A DNA stretch of 62,735 nucleotides from assembly GCA_002009975.1 (NCBI GenBank), contig MTLP01000025.1, forward strand, positions 1 through 62,735, given 5' to 3'. The first letter of the stretch is position 1. Each line of letters opens with the position of its first letter. This document shows, in pieces, positions 23,082 through 33,535 of this stretch. Source of the stretch: Thermococcus sp. JdFR-02. Its GTDB lineage: Archaea > Methanobacteriota_B > Thermococci > Thermococcales > Thermococcaceae. The notes under the pieces were generated by a model. It made no database searches, was not told the origin of the DNA, and worked only from the letters and a program-made list of their open reading frames with translations. The translations under genes were made by a program, and so were the position numbers.

Positions 23082-24623
23082 TCAAACCTCCCAGCTTTCT
23101 TCATTCTTCACCAAAACAACTTTTTCTCCAAAAGCCCACTTAAACAACTCAGGCTTTTCAGTATGAACTGGAATAACGTAATCAGGGTCAATTTCTTCAA
23201 TTACCTTCCTCAACTCTTCTCTTGAAACATGCCCCGAAGCATGCAAACCCTTCTCAAAAATAGGCTTTCCACTTTTGTCAACCCTAAATCCATGCACTTC
23301 AAAACCAAAGTACTGCAGCCAGTTCCAAAGCCGCAAAAAGCTGAACTCCTGCTCCTCCCCAAAGGCTTCACTCGAAGAGTAGATGTAAGTCCCGCCATTA
23401 GGCATTATGTCCAGCAAGTGTGGCATGTCATAGAACGAGAAGCAGAGAATGCAGTTCTCTTGATTCTCTCTAATCTCAAAGGGAGAAATGTACTGATCAG
23501 CATAATTATCCCAGACTACAAGCTCTTCCCACTTTTGCCGCGTGGCTTTAAAGTTCCCATAAATCCTCAAGCCTTTAAGCCGATCAACACCATCAACGAG
23601 CTTTAAAGCGTGCAAAAAGTAAGCATCCTTTGCCGTGACCACTAATTCTCTCCCCGTTTTCTCTGCAATTTTCTTGAAGCACTCAAGCCTCTCAAAATTC
23701 CTTGCCGAAAAATCCGCTATTACAAGACCTTTAGACTCTTCAACGATTTTTAGGGCATTTTCATAAACTTCTCGCTCGGAAACGTTTTCATGCTCTTCTC
23801 TACCAACTCTCGTCCCTTCGGTAATTAAAATGCTTACATTCTTTGCTTCCTTAATAAACTTCCTTGTTTCATCACCATTCTTTCCGTGAAGTCTAAAATC
23901 GCCAGTGTAAGCTAAGCTAATATCTCCTTCAACAATGTATGCCGTTGCTCCATAAATTGAGTGATCCACATTGAAAGCCTTAACTTCAAAGCCCAAATCC
24001 TCTTCATTGAGTGTTTTGACTTCGTTTGGAATGACTTTCTTGACTCTTGGGGATTCTTGCCCGGGGCGATAGAAGAGAAAATCATGAAGTGAAGAATTTT
24101 GCTCAAGAAAAATAACTTTTCTTGAAGGATAATGAGAATTTCTGTCGGCTTCAATAACATATCCTTCTGAGTCTTTTAATTTTCTGACTTTATAGTAGGG
24201 AATTTCCATTCCAAAATGACTACCACCACTTGCAGTGTCGTTTAAGGCTTTGAGAATTGCGATTGTTGTTGGGGAGCCAACGATAGGAATATTTTCATTA
24301 AGGAGGGCAATGTTTCCGACGTGATCTAGGTGAGCATGGCTTATGAGGACTGCATTAATTGGGAGCTTTGGGTATTGGGCAATTTCGTTCATGAGATCTT
24401 TGGGAACTAAGTCTTTTCGATAGATGTTGAGTTTTGGAATTAGGTTGAGGTGCCAGAGGTCGTAAATTCCTCTTGCGGTTCTTTCGCTTATGAATTCCTC
24501 ATAATAAAGAGAATACTTTGCAAAATTCATTCCAAAATCGAGGAAGAGTCCTTTTCCATTTTCTTCAATATGAATCTTGGTTCCACCAATAGTATCGGCA
24601 CCATCGTAGATTGTTATGATCAT
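23082..24623 (-). CDS. MBL-fold/beta-CASP (RNase J-like) hydrolase
   Basis: IGG, DFG, SHAHLDH, VDHS, YTGDFRLHG, EGT, HASGH, IPVHTE. Confidence 0.9.
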   Translation of the reverse strand: MIITIYDGADTIGGTKIHIEENGKGLFLDFGMNFAKYSLYYEEFISERTARGIYDLWHLNLIPKLNIYRKDLVPKDLMNEIAQYPKLPINAVLISHAHLDHVGNIALLNENIPIVGSPTTIAILKALNDTASGGSHFGMEIPYYKVRKLKDSEGYVIEADRNSHYPSRKVIFLEQNSSLHDFLFYRPGQESPRVKKVIPNEVKTLNEEDLGFEVKAFNVDHSIYGATAYIVEGDISLAYTGDFRLHGKNGDETRKFIKEAKNVSILITEGTRVGREEHENVSEREVYENALKIVEESKGLVIADFSARNFERLECFKKIAEKTGRELVVTAKDAYFLHALKLVDGVDRLKGLRIYGNFKATRQKWEELVVWDNYADQYISPFEIRENQENCILCFSFYDMPHLLDIMPNGGTYIYSSSEAFGEEQEFSFLRLWNWLQYFGFEVHGFRVDKSGKPIFEKGLHASGHVSREELRKVIEEIDPDYVIPVHTEKPELFKWAFGEKVVLVKNEESWEV

Positions 24624-25054
24624 TGTAAATTCCCTCCATGTTTTTGATATTTTGTTTTCTTTAGCTCTATGTCTGCTTTTGCAAATACTACTGTATCTCC
24701 AAACTTCCTTAAATAATCCTCGACAAAATCATCTGCAATCTCAAAAATATCCTCATAACCAACTATCTTCCATCTATGCATTACACTAACAGTTATTTCT
24801 GCTATCGCATTCTCCCAATCGATTTGCTTAGAAATTATTTGAAAGCCTTGATCCTTGAGAACTTCGTCGAATTCTTTGCTATCAAGAATTATCAAAAGTT
24901 CACCATCCAAGTCCACTCCTTTATATGCTATTATGCCTGTTACACCTACTCTATCCCTCTCTATTATCTCAAAATCAAACCTATAAGTTGTTACCTCGTC
25001 ATTGTTAACAATCTTGTCTGCTTTAACAAACTTCTTAATTTCTCCAATTTTCAT
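24620..25054 (-). CDS. Hypothetical protein
   Basis: 144-aa ORF with an AGGTGA RBS and ATGA overlap with the next gene. Confidence 0.65.
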   Translation of the reverse strand: MKIGEIKKFVKADKIVNNDEVTTYRFDFEIIERDRVGVTGIIAYKGVDLDGELLIILDSKEFDEVLKDQGFQIISKQIDWENAIAEITVSVMHRWKIVGYEDIFEIADDFVEDYLRKFGDTVVFAKADIELKKTKYQKHGGNLQ

Positions 25055-25098
25055 ATGTTGTCACCTATCCAAGTAACTTTAGTAAAAATAATAGTACA

Positions 25099-26064
25099 TC
25101 AATATCTTTTTAACACTCTTACTGCTATTTTGACGCCTGTCTTCTCCTCTAATATCTTTAATTTTGAAACTGCTACGTTGCCATTTTCAGGTCTGTAGAC
25201 ATGCCACGGTCTAATAACATCAGTGGCTCCGGGACTTCTCACGTATGTTCTTTCTACATATGTTGGGACATAAAGATCATCAAAACCGTGCTCCCAAAGA
25301 AATTTGACAACTGCAAACAGTGACATAGCCCAAGCATTTCTTTCGACTGGCACATGGTACCACTTTCCCTTATGATAAATATAGATATCTAATAACCTAG
25401 GTCTTCCCTTTAAGTCTTCTGGAGTTAATTCATCCAAGAGTTTTGCTCCATTAGGGCGTGATAAACTATTGTATGAACTTTTAGTCTTTTCTTTTTCTTT
25501 GTTTTCATCCCTGTCTTCTTTAATAAACTTATGAGTAGACAGGAAAGATTTTTGGATTTTTTGAAGTATTCCACTTAGGTTTTCTTTAGTTAAGTACCTT
25601 AGTCTTTCTATTGCCTCATGTGTATTCATGTTTTCGAGGTCTATCCTGAGAATTATTCTTTCCTCGAGACTTTTTCCACTTTCATATGCTTTAATTATGA
25701 TCCATTGAATTCCATTAGTTAGAATTCCGATATCTACTCCGTTAATTGTGCAGTAATTTATAAGTTGATAAAGGGCTCCAGTGTTAGTGAATATATCTGT
25801 TCCCAAACCTTTTACCTCAATGTAAGCGACAACCTTATTATTGATCCTTAAAGAATAGTCAACCCTATAATATCCAGAAGGGGCTCGTACACGCTCTTCT
25901 GGTAGGACTTCCGGAGTAAAAATGTCCCATTCCAATGCACTTAAAATTGGAAGTACAAGGTGTTGTTTTGTGGCTTCTTCATTAGAATGATAAAGGGTAT
26001 CCCAAGAATGTGCTATATTCAGAACCTTTTTAATTGTCCTCTCCATTGGAATCTTTTCACACAT
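25099..26064 (-). CDS. HsdR_N-type PD-(D/E)xK nuclease domain protein
   Basis: NEEATKQHLVLPIL.AL.W, PE, RVDY...IEVK, QL..Y, ILTNG..W. Confidence 0.85.
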   Translation of the reverse strand: MCEKIPMERTIKKVLNIAHSWDTLYHSNEEATKQHLVLPILSALEWDIFTPEVLPEERVRAPSGYYRVDYSLRINNKVVAYIEVKGLGTDIFTNTGALYQLINYCTINGVDIGILTNGIQWIIIKAYESGKSLEERIILRIDLENMNTHEAIERLRYLTKENLSGILQKIQKSFLSTHKFIKEDRDENKEKEKTKSSYNSLSRPNGAKLLDELTPEDLKGRPRLLDIYIYHKGKWYHVPVERNAWAMSLFAVVKFLWEHGFDDLYVPTYVERTYVRSPGATDVIRPWHVYRPENGNVAVSKLKILEEKTGVKIAVRVLKRY

Positions 26065-26070
26065 GATGAA

Positions 26071-26616
26071 TCACCCCTGAACACTAATCTCTTCAACATT
26101 TGAGTAAATATTGTTATCGAATGTAACATTGAGTGCACTGAAGTTGAGCAAGTTGATTACTTGATACCTGTTCTTGAGGATATTTGCTGTGGAGTCCAGA
26201 AAAGCTGCAAAAAGAACTGTTCTACCAAGCTCTCTTGCAGTTTCAGCAAGTGGTAGGAAATCCCTATCACCAGAGACAATTACAACGGTATCAACTGGTC
26301 TTTCGTAGAGCATGCGTATACCTTCTGCAGTCATTGTAGTATCTGTGGTGCTCTTTGGTCCGTTTTCTTTCATAGTAGAATCTGCCAAGACAACTTTGAT
26401 GCCCATTCTCTCTAAGTTGTTAGCAATGTGTGGGTTCTTGAGGAATATGAACGGATTTGCATAAATTCTGGCTATTATGACCTCGTATCCCAGAGATGCG
26501 AGATATTCAAAAAATCCCTTCCAGTCTATGTCCCTATCAAGCTGCACTTTTCTACCAAGGGTGTCTTTGAGGCACATTACAACATTTTCACCATCAATCA
26601 ACACAGCCGCCTTCAC
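26071..26616 (-). CDS. NYN (LabA/DUF88, PIN-like) domain protein
   Basis: LIDGEN, K..D, VSGDRDFLPL...G..V. GTG start at 26616 after a GGGGGTG RBS. Confidence 0.9.
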   Translation of the reverse strand: MKAAVLIDGENVVMCLKDTLGRKVQLDRDIDWKGFFEYLASLGYEVIIARIYANPFIFLKNPHIANNLERMGIKVVLADSTMKENGPKSTTDTTMTAEGIRMLYERPVDTVVIVSGDRDFLPLAETARELGRTVLFAAFLDSTANILKNRYQVINLLNFSALNVTFDNNIYSNVEEISVQG

Positions 26617-26765
26617 ATCTAACACCCCCGTAATATTATGCAGGCAGTTTTTGTAATATTGATTTTTCTCATTGTGTAATATTATTATTATCATATTTAA
26701 ATTTTTCGGTTTTTATCGTGCATGCCCCTTCAAGTACCAGAATGAAGAGACAAAAAGAAGAAAAG

Positions 26766-28265
26766 TTAAAGCTGTTCTTTGAGAATAAGTTCTTCCAAGA
26801 TCTCTTTTACTTTCTTTCCATGGAACAGCTCCAGTATTCTGACAAGAGGCTTTGGAAATGTGGTTGTGAACACTTCAGAGGGCTTTGAAAACGCTGAGAG
26901 TAGATCCTTACCCCCCTCCTGCCTTACAAGCAGATACTCAAGGAATGCATCGGCACCCTTGGCAACACTGAGAATCTCTAGCACTTCCTCATCAATTTCT
27001 CCTTTCTCGACTTTTGCCCTTGCTTCAGCCACCTTTTCGTCACTCAACCCCACAGCTTCATAATATGCTTTTTTAGCAATGCTCCTTAATCTTTCAAGAT
27101 TCCCTTCAGCTTCACTCTTACTTGGCTTCTTTTTGAGAACTATTCTATCCATCTTGAGCTCTCCATCTGAAAACTCCATCCTGAACAAGGGCAGAGGGTA
27201 GTCCTCAAAACAGTAGGGCAGAAATTCAGCATGCATGAATTCTTGACCCTCTTCCGGGTAAATAAACGGCTTGGTACCCTCCCTGAACAGTATCTCTATT
27301 TCCTTTTCAAAATTGTGGCAGAAAATACTCTTGTAATCATCAAGAGTCAAAGCTTCTCCTCGCTCAAGCTTTGCCTTTATTTTTTCAATAACATGAGGAC
27401 ACTCCACGAAGGCATCAAAGAAAATTTTCTTATGGAATTTCAGCACAACTTCCGGCAGGAATTCTTGAATTGCTCTTACTGGATACTCAAATACAACATA
27501 GTGGAAATCGAGAGTATTCACTTCTGGACCTAACCTTAGGAATATTTCATCATTCTCCTTGAAAACACCCACATACGTGTAGAAAAATGCTTCAGGGGTC
27601 TCGAAATCGCTGGCAACAGTTTTCTCAAAAAGCAAGTCCACAATTTCCTCTGGAATATTATCTCGCTTGACATAGGCTTTCACGAGACGCTTTAGGAAAT
27701 AATGGATGTGCTTTAAACCAGAAACACTTATTGGCTCCTCATGCTCGTAAATCAGCATGTACTTCCTGCCCTCTTCATCCTCATTAAACGTTCTCCTCTC
27801 CTGCAATTTCTCTAAACCTTCAAGAGACTCCTTAATCAGCAAGTAAGCCCTTGGAGTTATTATACTTGCTTCATTCAATTCTTCAATGAGGTTCTTAGTT
27901 GCATTGATCAAGAGTCTCCTGAGAATTGCCGAGGGAGAGGTTTCATACTTGAGTGCCAAAGCGTAAAGCTTCACCCATAAGGGGAACGAAATCCTGAGAG
28001 AGAGGAGTTTCGGAGTAAGATTCTTCTCAAGCTCTTTCAGATAATCTTTTTTCGAAGATTCCATTAGCTCTTTTGCCTCAGCGAACTTTCCTTCCCTCAC
28101 GAATTTTGAAATTAGCTGCTGAATTTTGTCTTTTTCAATAAACTTCGGCTCTTTTGTCTCAAAGTTATAGTATGGGACTTTGTCTGTCAAGGCCGCAATG
28201 TACTCCATGTCTTGTAAATTTTTGTAATTTAACATATTAATGTCTCTGTATTTCATAATCTTCAC
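26766..28265 (-). CDS. Hypothetical protein with an internal ribbon-helix-helix-like segment
   Basis: 499-aa ORF; LSLRISFPLWVKLYALALKYETSPSAILRRLL fits an RHH pattern. Confidence 0.6.
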   Translation of the reverse strand: MKIMKYRDINMLNYKNLQDMEYIAALTDKVPYYNFETKEPKFIEKDKIQQLISKFVREGKFAEAKELMESSKKDYLKELEKNLTPKLLSLRISFPLWVKLYALALKYETSPSAILRRLLINATKNLIEELNEASIITPRAYLLIKESLEGLEKLQERRTFNEDEEGRKYMLIYEHEEPISVSGLKHIHYFLKRLVKAYVKRDNIPEEIVDLLFEKTVASDFETPEAFFYTYVGVFKENDEIFLRLGPEVNTLDFHYVVFEYPVRAIQEFLPEVVLKFHKKIFFDAFVECPHVIEKIKAKLERGEALTLDDYKSIFCHNFEKEIEILFREGTKPFIYPEEGQEFMHAEFLPYCFEDYPLPLFRMEFSDGELKMDRIVLKKKPSKSEAEGNLERLRSIAKKAYYEAVGLSDEKVAEARAKVEKGEIDEEVLEILSVAKGADAFLEYLLVRQEGGKDLLSAFSKPSEVFTTTFPKPLVRILELFHGKKVKEILEELILKEQL

Positions 28266-28326
28266 CCAAGTGTAATTTAAGAGAAAAGTATTTAAAGTTT
28301 GTTGGAAATGTTATGTTGGTGGTGTT

Positions 28327-28689
28327 GTGGTTGTAGTTAGGGTTCTTAAACCTTCTGAGATTAAGGTTTCTTATCCAAACTGGGCTGAGATTCTTGATGA
28401 GACTGGTTGGTGGTTTAATAATGGTGAAATTGTTGTAGTTGCTCAGGAAGACAAGTTAGAGGAGCTCAAAACAATTCTGCATGAAGTTTTTGAGTTTTAC
28501 CTCGAAAGATATTTTGAATTTTCTCATGAAACAGCCCACCAATTAGCTCTTACTCTTGAAAAATCTGCTGAAAACATCTGGAGGACGTACTATGAGCTTA
28601 GTAATATCATTAGAAAGGTTCTCGAAAAAGTTGAGGTAAACAGAAGCCTCTACAGTAAAAACTCTGGGAGCATTAGAACTCAAGACTAG
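28327..28689 (+). CDS. Small hypothetical protein with zincin-like motifs
   Basis: TILHEVFE and HETAH; divergent from the 499-aa gene. Confidence 0.55.
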   Translation: MVVVRVLKPSEIKVSYPNWAEILDETGWWFNNGEIVVVAQEDKLEELKTILHEVFEFYLERYFEFSHETAHQLALTLEKSAENIWRTYYELSNIIRKVLEKVEVNRSLYSKNSGSIRTQD

Positions 28690-28725
28690 TGTAAGAATTG
28701 TATTGAATGAGAAAAAACAAAAATT

Positions 28726-29334
28726 TCAAAGCCCCAAAAGCTCCCTTGCGGCTTGGACTCCTAGATCAAAAGCTTTCATGTTGACCTCAACGGCTTTTGG
28801 AGGAACGCTCAATCTTATAACCTCTTTTACATGCTCTGCACTTAATGGAAACTCTGGAGTTTGGGTTAATGCTCCAATTAAAACAGTGTTGGTTGTAATT
28901 GCATGCCCTGCCTTAATTGCTAACTCCTCTGCATCAAATGCAATGAGCTTTGCCTTAAATTCATTTTCTATGATGTTCCTAATCTCCTCCATACTTGGAT
29001 ACTTAGCTAAGCCCATTGAAACTTGGACTGGTGGGATTGGCTTTGAGTTAGCAATAACCAAACCACCCTCTTTTAGATAGTTTATATATCTTAAAGCCTC
29101 AACTGGTTCAAAAGCCATAATTACATCTGCTTTTCCCTCTGGAACCATCGCTCCATAGACATCTTCTCCAAAGCGAACGTAAGCAATAACGCTTCCAAAT
29201 CTTTGGCTCATTCCATGAACTTCTCCAACCCTCACTTTATAACCCGCTCTTAAAGCAGCCCATCCCAAAATTTGTGAAGCTGTTAATACTCCTTGACCAC
29301 CAACACCAGTGATGACAATGTTATAATCTTTCAT
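28726..29334 (-). CDS. iorB: Indolepyruvate:ferredoxin oxidoreductase beta subunit
   Basis: [19 protein letters not shown]. Confidence 0.96.
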   Translation of the reverse strand: MKDYNIVITGVGGQGVLTASQILGWAALRAGYKVRVGEVHGMSQRFGSVIAYVRFGEDVYGAMVPEGKADVIMAFEPVEALRYINYLKEGGLVIANSKPIPPVQVSMGLAKYPSMEEIRNIIENEFKAKLIAFDAEELAIKAGHAITTNTVLIGALTQTPEFPLSAEHVKEVIRLSVPPKAVEVNMKAFDLGVQAARELLGL

Positions 29335-31241
29335 TGCTCTCCCTCCTTTATAGGCTCAAAAGCTCCAAAAGGACAAACTTGCGCACAACCTCCGCAACCC
29401 CAACACATAATTGGATCGACTTGTGCTTTCTTCTTCTCTTCACTCCAATAAATTGCTGGACAGCCATATGCATTTATACAAATCTTACATCCTGTACACT
29501 TCTCCTCATTGACAGTGTAGAGTGGCCACTTCTCTCCTCTTCTCCTCATTTGTCCAATTCTGTGTAAGGCACATATTTGTCTTGAAACCACAACGCTAAC
29601 TCCCTTCACTTTCAAAGCTTCTTTAATTGTCTCATATGTCTTCTTTATGTCATATGGGTCAACTACTGCAACAAAATCAGCACCCATAGCTTTTGCAATC
29701 TCTTCAATTGGAATCCTCTTTCCTGGGCCGTGTGGAGTCTCACCGGTGCTTGGATTTGGTTGGTCACCTGTCATTGCAGTTACAAAGTTATCTAAAACAA
29801 CTATTAGCACGTTTGAGCGGTTGTATATTGCATTAGCCAGAGCTGGCAATCCTGTGTGATAGAACGTTGAATCACCAATTGTAGCAACGATTATTTGCTT
29901 TTCCCCGCTTGCAACACTTAATCCATGGGCAATTCCAATCGAAGCACCCATAGCAACGGTTGTATCAACTGTCTTAAGTGGTGGCAAGACACCTAAGGTA
30001 TAACATCCAATATCGCTTGGGAATATGGCTTTACTTCCAGCAGCTTTCCTAATAGCATAAAAGCTGTTCCTATGTGGACAAGCTGGACAGAGTGAAGGTG
30101 GTCTTGGAGGGGCAATTGTTTTAACCTTCTCATACTTCTCATCAATCTTAGCAAAGTCAACTGGAGTCTCTAATCCCAAGAATTGGGCAATAGCAGTTAC
30201 AGCCCTTCTAGTCGTCATCTCATAAACTCTTGGAACTAATTCTTTCCCCTTGATCTCAATAGTCAAGCCCTTGTCAAAAACCCAGGTTTTAACTTGCTCT
30301 TCAACGACTGGTTCAAGCTCTTCAACAATTAAAACTCTCTCCAAACCTTCAAGGAACTTTTCTAAGAGCTTATATGGAACTGGGAATGGTGTTCCTAATT
30401 TAAGAACTTTTACATCATTTACACCAAGCCAAGCCAAAGCTTCTTTAACATAAGCATAAGCTAAACCCGGAGCAATTATACCAACCTTTGCATCTTCCTT
30501 GCCTTCTATCCAGTTAAATGGACATTCTGCCAATTCTTCCCTTATCTTTTCGATCTTTTCAAGTATTTGTGGATGGAACCTTCTTGCATTTGCTGGAACA
30601 TCAACAAAACGAGATGGATCTTTCTTAAATTCTCCAAATTTTCTCTTTCCTTGCTTAATTTCTTCGGGCAATTCCCCTAGAACCACATCTCCTCTTGCGT
30701 GTGAGCTTCTTGTGGTTGTTCTCAAGAGCACGAAATGTTTAAACTTCTCGCTTAGCTCAAAGGCATATTTCGTCATCTCTTTCGCTTCATGGGGTGAAAT
30801 TGGCTCAAAGACGGGAACATTTGCAAATTTGGCATAAACCCTTGTATCCTGCTCATTCTGTGAAGACCACATACTTGGATCATCAGCAACCATTATAACA
30901 AATCCACCTTCAACTCCCATTCCAACAGCACTTAAAAAAGTATCAGCTGCAACGTTTAAACCAACGTGCTTCATTGCTGTCATAGCTCTAAGACCACTCC
31001 ATGCAGCGGCTAAAGCCGTTTCAAAAGCAACTTTTTCATTTGTTGAATACTCCATATAAACACCAGCTTTTTGAGCAACCATTGCCATTGTGTCTGTTAA
31101 TTCAGAGCTTGGTGTTCCTGGATATGCAGCATAAACCGCTATATTTGCCTCAAGAGCACCCCTTGCAATGGCTTCATTTCCTAAAAGTAAAACTCTTTCA
31201 CCGGGTTTATCCATTAAAACTATATCCCTAACCTTCGCCAT
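29331..31241 (-). CDS. iorA: Indolepyruvate:ferredoxin oxidoreductase alpha subunit
   Basis: [41 protein letters not shown]-terminal ferredoxin. Confidence 0.97.
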   Translation of the reverse strand: MAKVRDIVLMDKPGERVLLLGNEAIARGALEANIAVYAAYPGTPSSELTDTMAMVAQKAGVYMEYSTNEKVAFETALAAAWSGLRAMTAMKHVGLNVAADTFLSAVGMGVEGGFVIMVADDPSMWSSQNEQDTRVYAKFANVPVFEPISPHEAKEMTKYAFELSEKFKHFVLLRTTTRSSHARGDVVLGELPEEIKQGKRKFGEFKKDPSRFVDVPANARRFHPQILEKIEKIREELAECPFNWIEGKEDAKVGIIAPGLAYAYVKEALAWLGVNDVKVLKLGTPFPVPYKLLEKFLEGLERVLIVEELEPVVEEQVKTWVFDKGLTIEIKGKELVPRVYEMTTRRAVTAIAQFLGLETPVDFAKIDEKYEKVKTIAPPRPPSLCPACPHRNSFYAIRKAAGSKAIFPSDIGCYTLGVLPPLKTVDTTVAMGASIGIAHGLSVASGEKQIIVATIGDSTFYHTGLPALANAIYNRSNVLIVVLDNFVTAMTGDQPNPSTGETPHGPGKRIPIEEIAKAMGADFVAVVDPYDIKKTYETIKEALKVKGVSVVVSRQICALHRIGQMRRRGEKWPLYTVNEEKCTGCKICINAYGCPAIYWSEEKKKAQVDPIMCWGCGGCAQVCPFGAFEPIKEGEQ

Positions 31242-31243
31242 AA

Positions 31244-32608
31244 TCAAACCTCCTCCTTAATTTCCTTAAACTTAGTTAATGCATAAGCCGCTATCCCAAC
31301 ATCTTCAGGTCTTTCATATGCTGGGATTCCTTCCCTCTCAAGTAGCTCTTTGGCTTTTTCACTAACATAACCAGCCATAAACAAGGCTAAAACGGGCTTT
31401 TCATTGTTTAATTCTCTCATTGCCCTAATTACTCCTTCAGCATGCTCTGTGATAGTCATTCCTGCAAAAGTAGGGACTACACAAATCGCAATGAGCAGAT
31501 CAACATTTTCATCCTCAAGCAAAAGTTTAGCCGTTTTGTAGTAATCTTCTCCTCTTGCACTTGCTATCATATCAACTGGATTTTTAACGGCAGCCATTGG
31601 AGGTAAAAACTCTCTAAGCTTTTGCATTGTCTCTTCCTTTAGTTGAGCAAGCTTTAATCCATACTTGTCAATCTCATCAGCTGTTAACACTCCCGGACCG
31701 CCAGCATTTGTCATGATTGCAACTCTATTGCCTTTTGGTAATGGTTGAGTAAAAGCCCTTGCCATGCTGAGCATTTCATCAATTGTATTAGCTATCAAAA
31801 GTCCACTTTGATTAAATGCCGCTTCGTAGATTGCATAACTTCCAGCTAAAGATCCCGTGTGAGATGACGCTGCTTTGGCTCCGCTTTCGCTCTTTCCAGC
31901 TTTCAAAACTATTATTGGTTTCTTCTTGCTCACCTTTTTAGCAACTTCCATGAACCTTTTACCGTCTTTGACACCCTCAATGTATAAAGCAATGGCTTTA
32001 CTCTCTTCATCATCAGCTAAATACTCCATCAAGTCTGCAAAATCCACATCTGCCATATTCCCAACGCTTATGAACTTAGAAAAGCCAATATTTTCCTTAA
32101 TTGCTTTGTAGACAATAGCCGCACCCAATGCACCGCTTTGAGAAACGAATGCTATATTCCCTTTCTTTGCAACGGAAATGAAAGTTGCATTTAAGTTCGC
32201 ATGGGTGTTCATTATTCCAACACAGTTTGGACCAATGATTCTCATTCCATATTTGTGTGCTATTTCAACAATTTCTCTCTCTTCTTTCTTTCCTTTTTCT
32301 CCTGTTTCGCCAAAGCCAGCAGTGATGATAACTATGGCTTTAACGCCTTTCTCTCCACAGTCAGCAACTGTTTGCTTTACAAACTTTGGTGGAACGATTA
32401 TTATTGCCAAATCAACTTCATCAGGAATTTCTTTCACGTTCTTGTATGCTTTGACACCCTGAACCTCTTCTTCCTTTATGTTCACTGGATACACATTCCC
32501 ATGATAATTCTTCAAATTCTTAAAAACCTCAAAACCAAGCTTTTTTTCGTCACTTGATGCTCCAATGACAGCTATTGATCTTGGATTAAAAAAGTAATTT
32601 AAGACCAT
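31244..32608 (-). CDS. acdA: ADP-forming acyl-CoA synthetase alpha subunit
   Basis: IAVIGAS, GPNCVG, SQSGA, SHTGSLAG, TNAGGPG, NPVD. Confidence 0.92.
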   Translation of the reverse strand: MVLNYFFNPRSIAVIGASSDEKKLGFEVFKNLKNYHGNVYPVNIKEEEVQGVKAYKNVKEIPDEVDLAIIIVPPKFVKQTVADCGEKGVKAIVIITAGFGETGEKGKKEEREIVEIAHKYGMRIIGPNCVGIMNTHANLNATFISVAKKGNIAFVSQSGALGAAIVYKAIKENIGFSKFISVGNMADVDFADLMEYLADDEESKAIALYIEGVKDGKRFMEVAKKVSKKKPIIVLKAGKSESGAKAASSHTGSLAGSYAIYEAAFNQSGLLIANTIDEMLSMARAFTQPLPKGNRVAIMTNAGGPGVLTADEIDKYGLKLAQLKEETMQKLREFLPPMAAVKNPVDMIASARGEDYYKTAKLLLEDENVDLLIAICVVPTFAGMTITEHAEGVIRAMRELNNEKPVLALFMAGYVSEKAKELLEREGIPAYERPEDVGIAAYALTKFKEIKEEV

Positions 32609-32824
32609 TTGACAATCACCGAATTTCATGTCGGTAAAAGTCTATATAAGCTTTCCGAAAATTGACAATTAACCTTTTTTGGGTAAAAATAGGAAATGTA
32701 AAACGTCAATGAGCATTTAAAGACATCAATGCCCCCTACATCTATGTCAAGGATTGTAAGTTCAGAAAGAGTTAAATTTCCAAAGGTTAATATAAGCAGA
32801 TGGAGTGTTTTGGAGGGAGAAAAG

Positions 32825-33499
32825 ATGGTAGGGATTAGATTTTTGGGACACGCAGCTTTTGAGATAAAGGGAAGTAAGAGAATTTTAATTGACCCATTCT
32901 TAACAGGAAACCCCAAAGCCGCCGCAAAGCCAGAAGATTTTGACAAAGTAGATTTGATATTGATCACCCACGCACATGGAGATCACCTTGGAGATGCTGT
33001 AAAAATTGCAAAGAGAGCAGGGGCTAAGATTGTTGCGATGTATGATATATCTACATATTTGGTTGAAAGTAACAAAGGAATAACAACAATTGGAATGAAT
33101 TATGGTCCAACCGAAATTGATGGAGTTAAAATTGTTCAAGTTCCTGCATGGCATTCAAGTAGTGATGGAAAAACAAACATAGGAAATCCCTGCGGTTACA
33201 TAATTGAAATCGATGGTGTTAAGATTTACCACGCCGGGGATACGTACGTTTTTAAAGACATGGAACTCTTTGCTGAGCTTTATGGAATTGATGTGGCTTT
33301 ACTTCCAATAGGTGGGCACTTCACAATGGGACCAAAGGAAGCTGCAAAAGCCGTAGAATTGCTTAAACCAAAATATGTAATCCCAATGCACTATAACACC
33401 TTCCCACCAATTGCTCAAAACCCAGAAGAGTTTAAAGAACTTGTTGGAGATAAAACAGAGGTTGTTATCCTTAACCCAGGAGAAACTTTTGAAATTTAA
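32825..33499 (+). CDS. UPF0173 metal-dependent hydrolase (MBL fold)
   Basis: LGHA, IDPF, THAHGDH, YHAGDT, LPIGGHFTM, PMHYNTF. Confidence 0.9.
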   Translation: MVGIRFLGHAAFEIKGSKRILIDPFLTGNPKAAAKPEDFDKVDLILITHAHGDHLGDAVKIAKRAGAKIVAMYDISTYLVESNKGITTIGMNYGPTEIDGVKIVQVPAWHSSSDGKTNIGNPCGYIIEIDGVKIYHAGDTYVFKDMELFAELYGIDVALLPIGGHFTMGPKEAAKAVELLKPKYVIPMHYNTFPPIAQNPEEFKELVGDKTEVVILNPGETFEI

Positions 33500-33535
33500 A
33501 AATCTTTTTAAACTTTCCCCTTTTAGCTTTATTAG

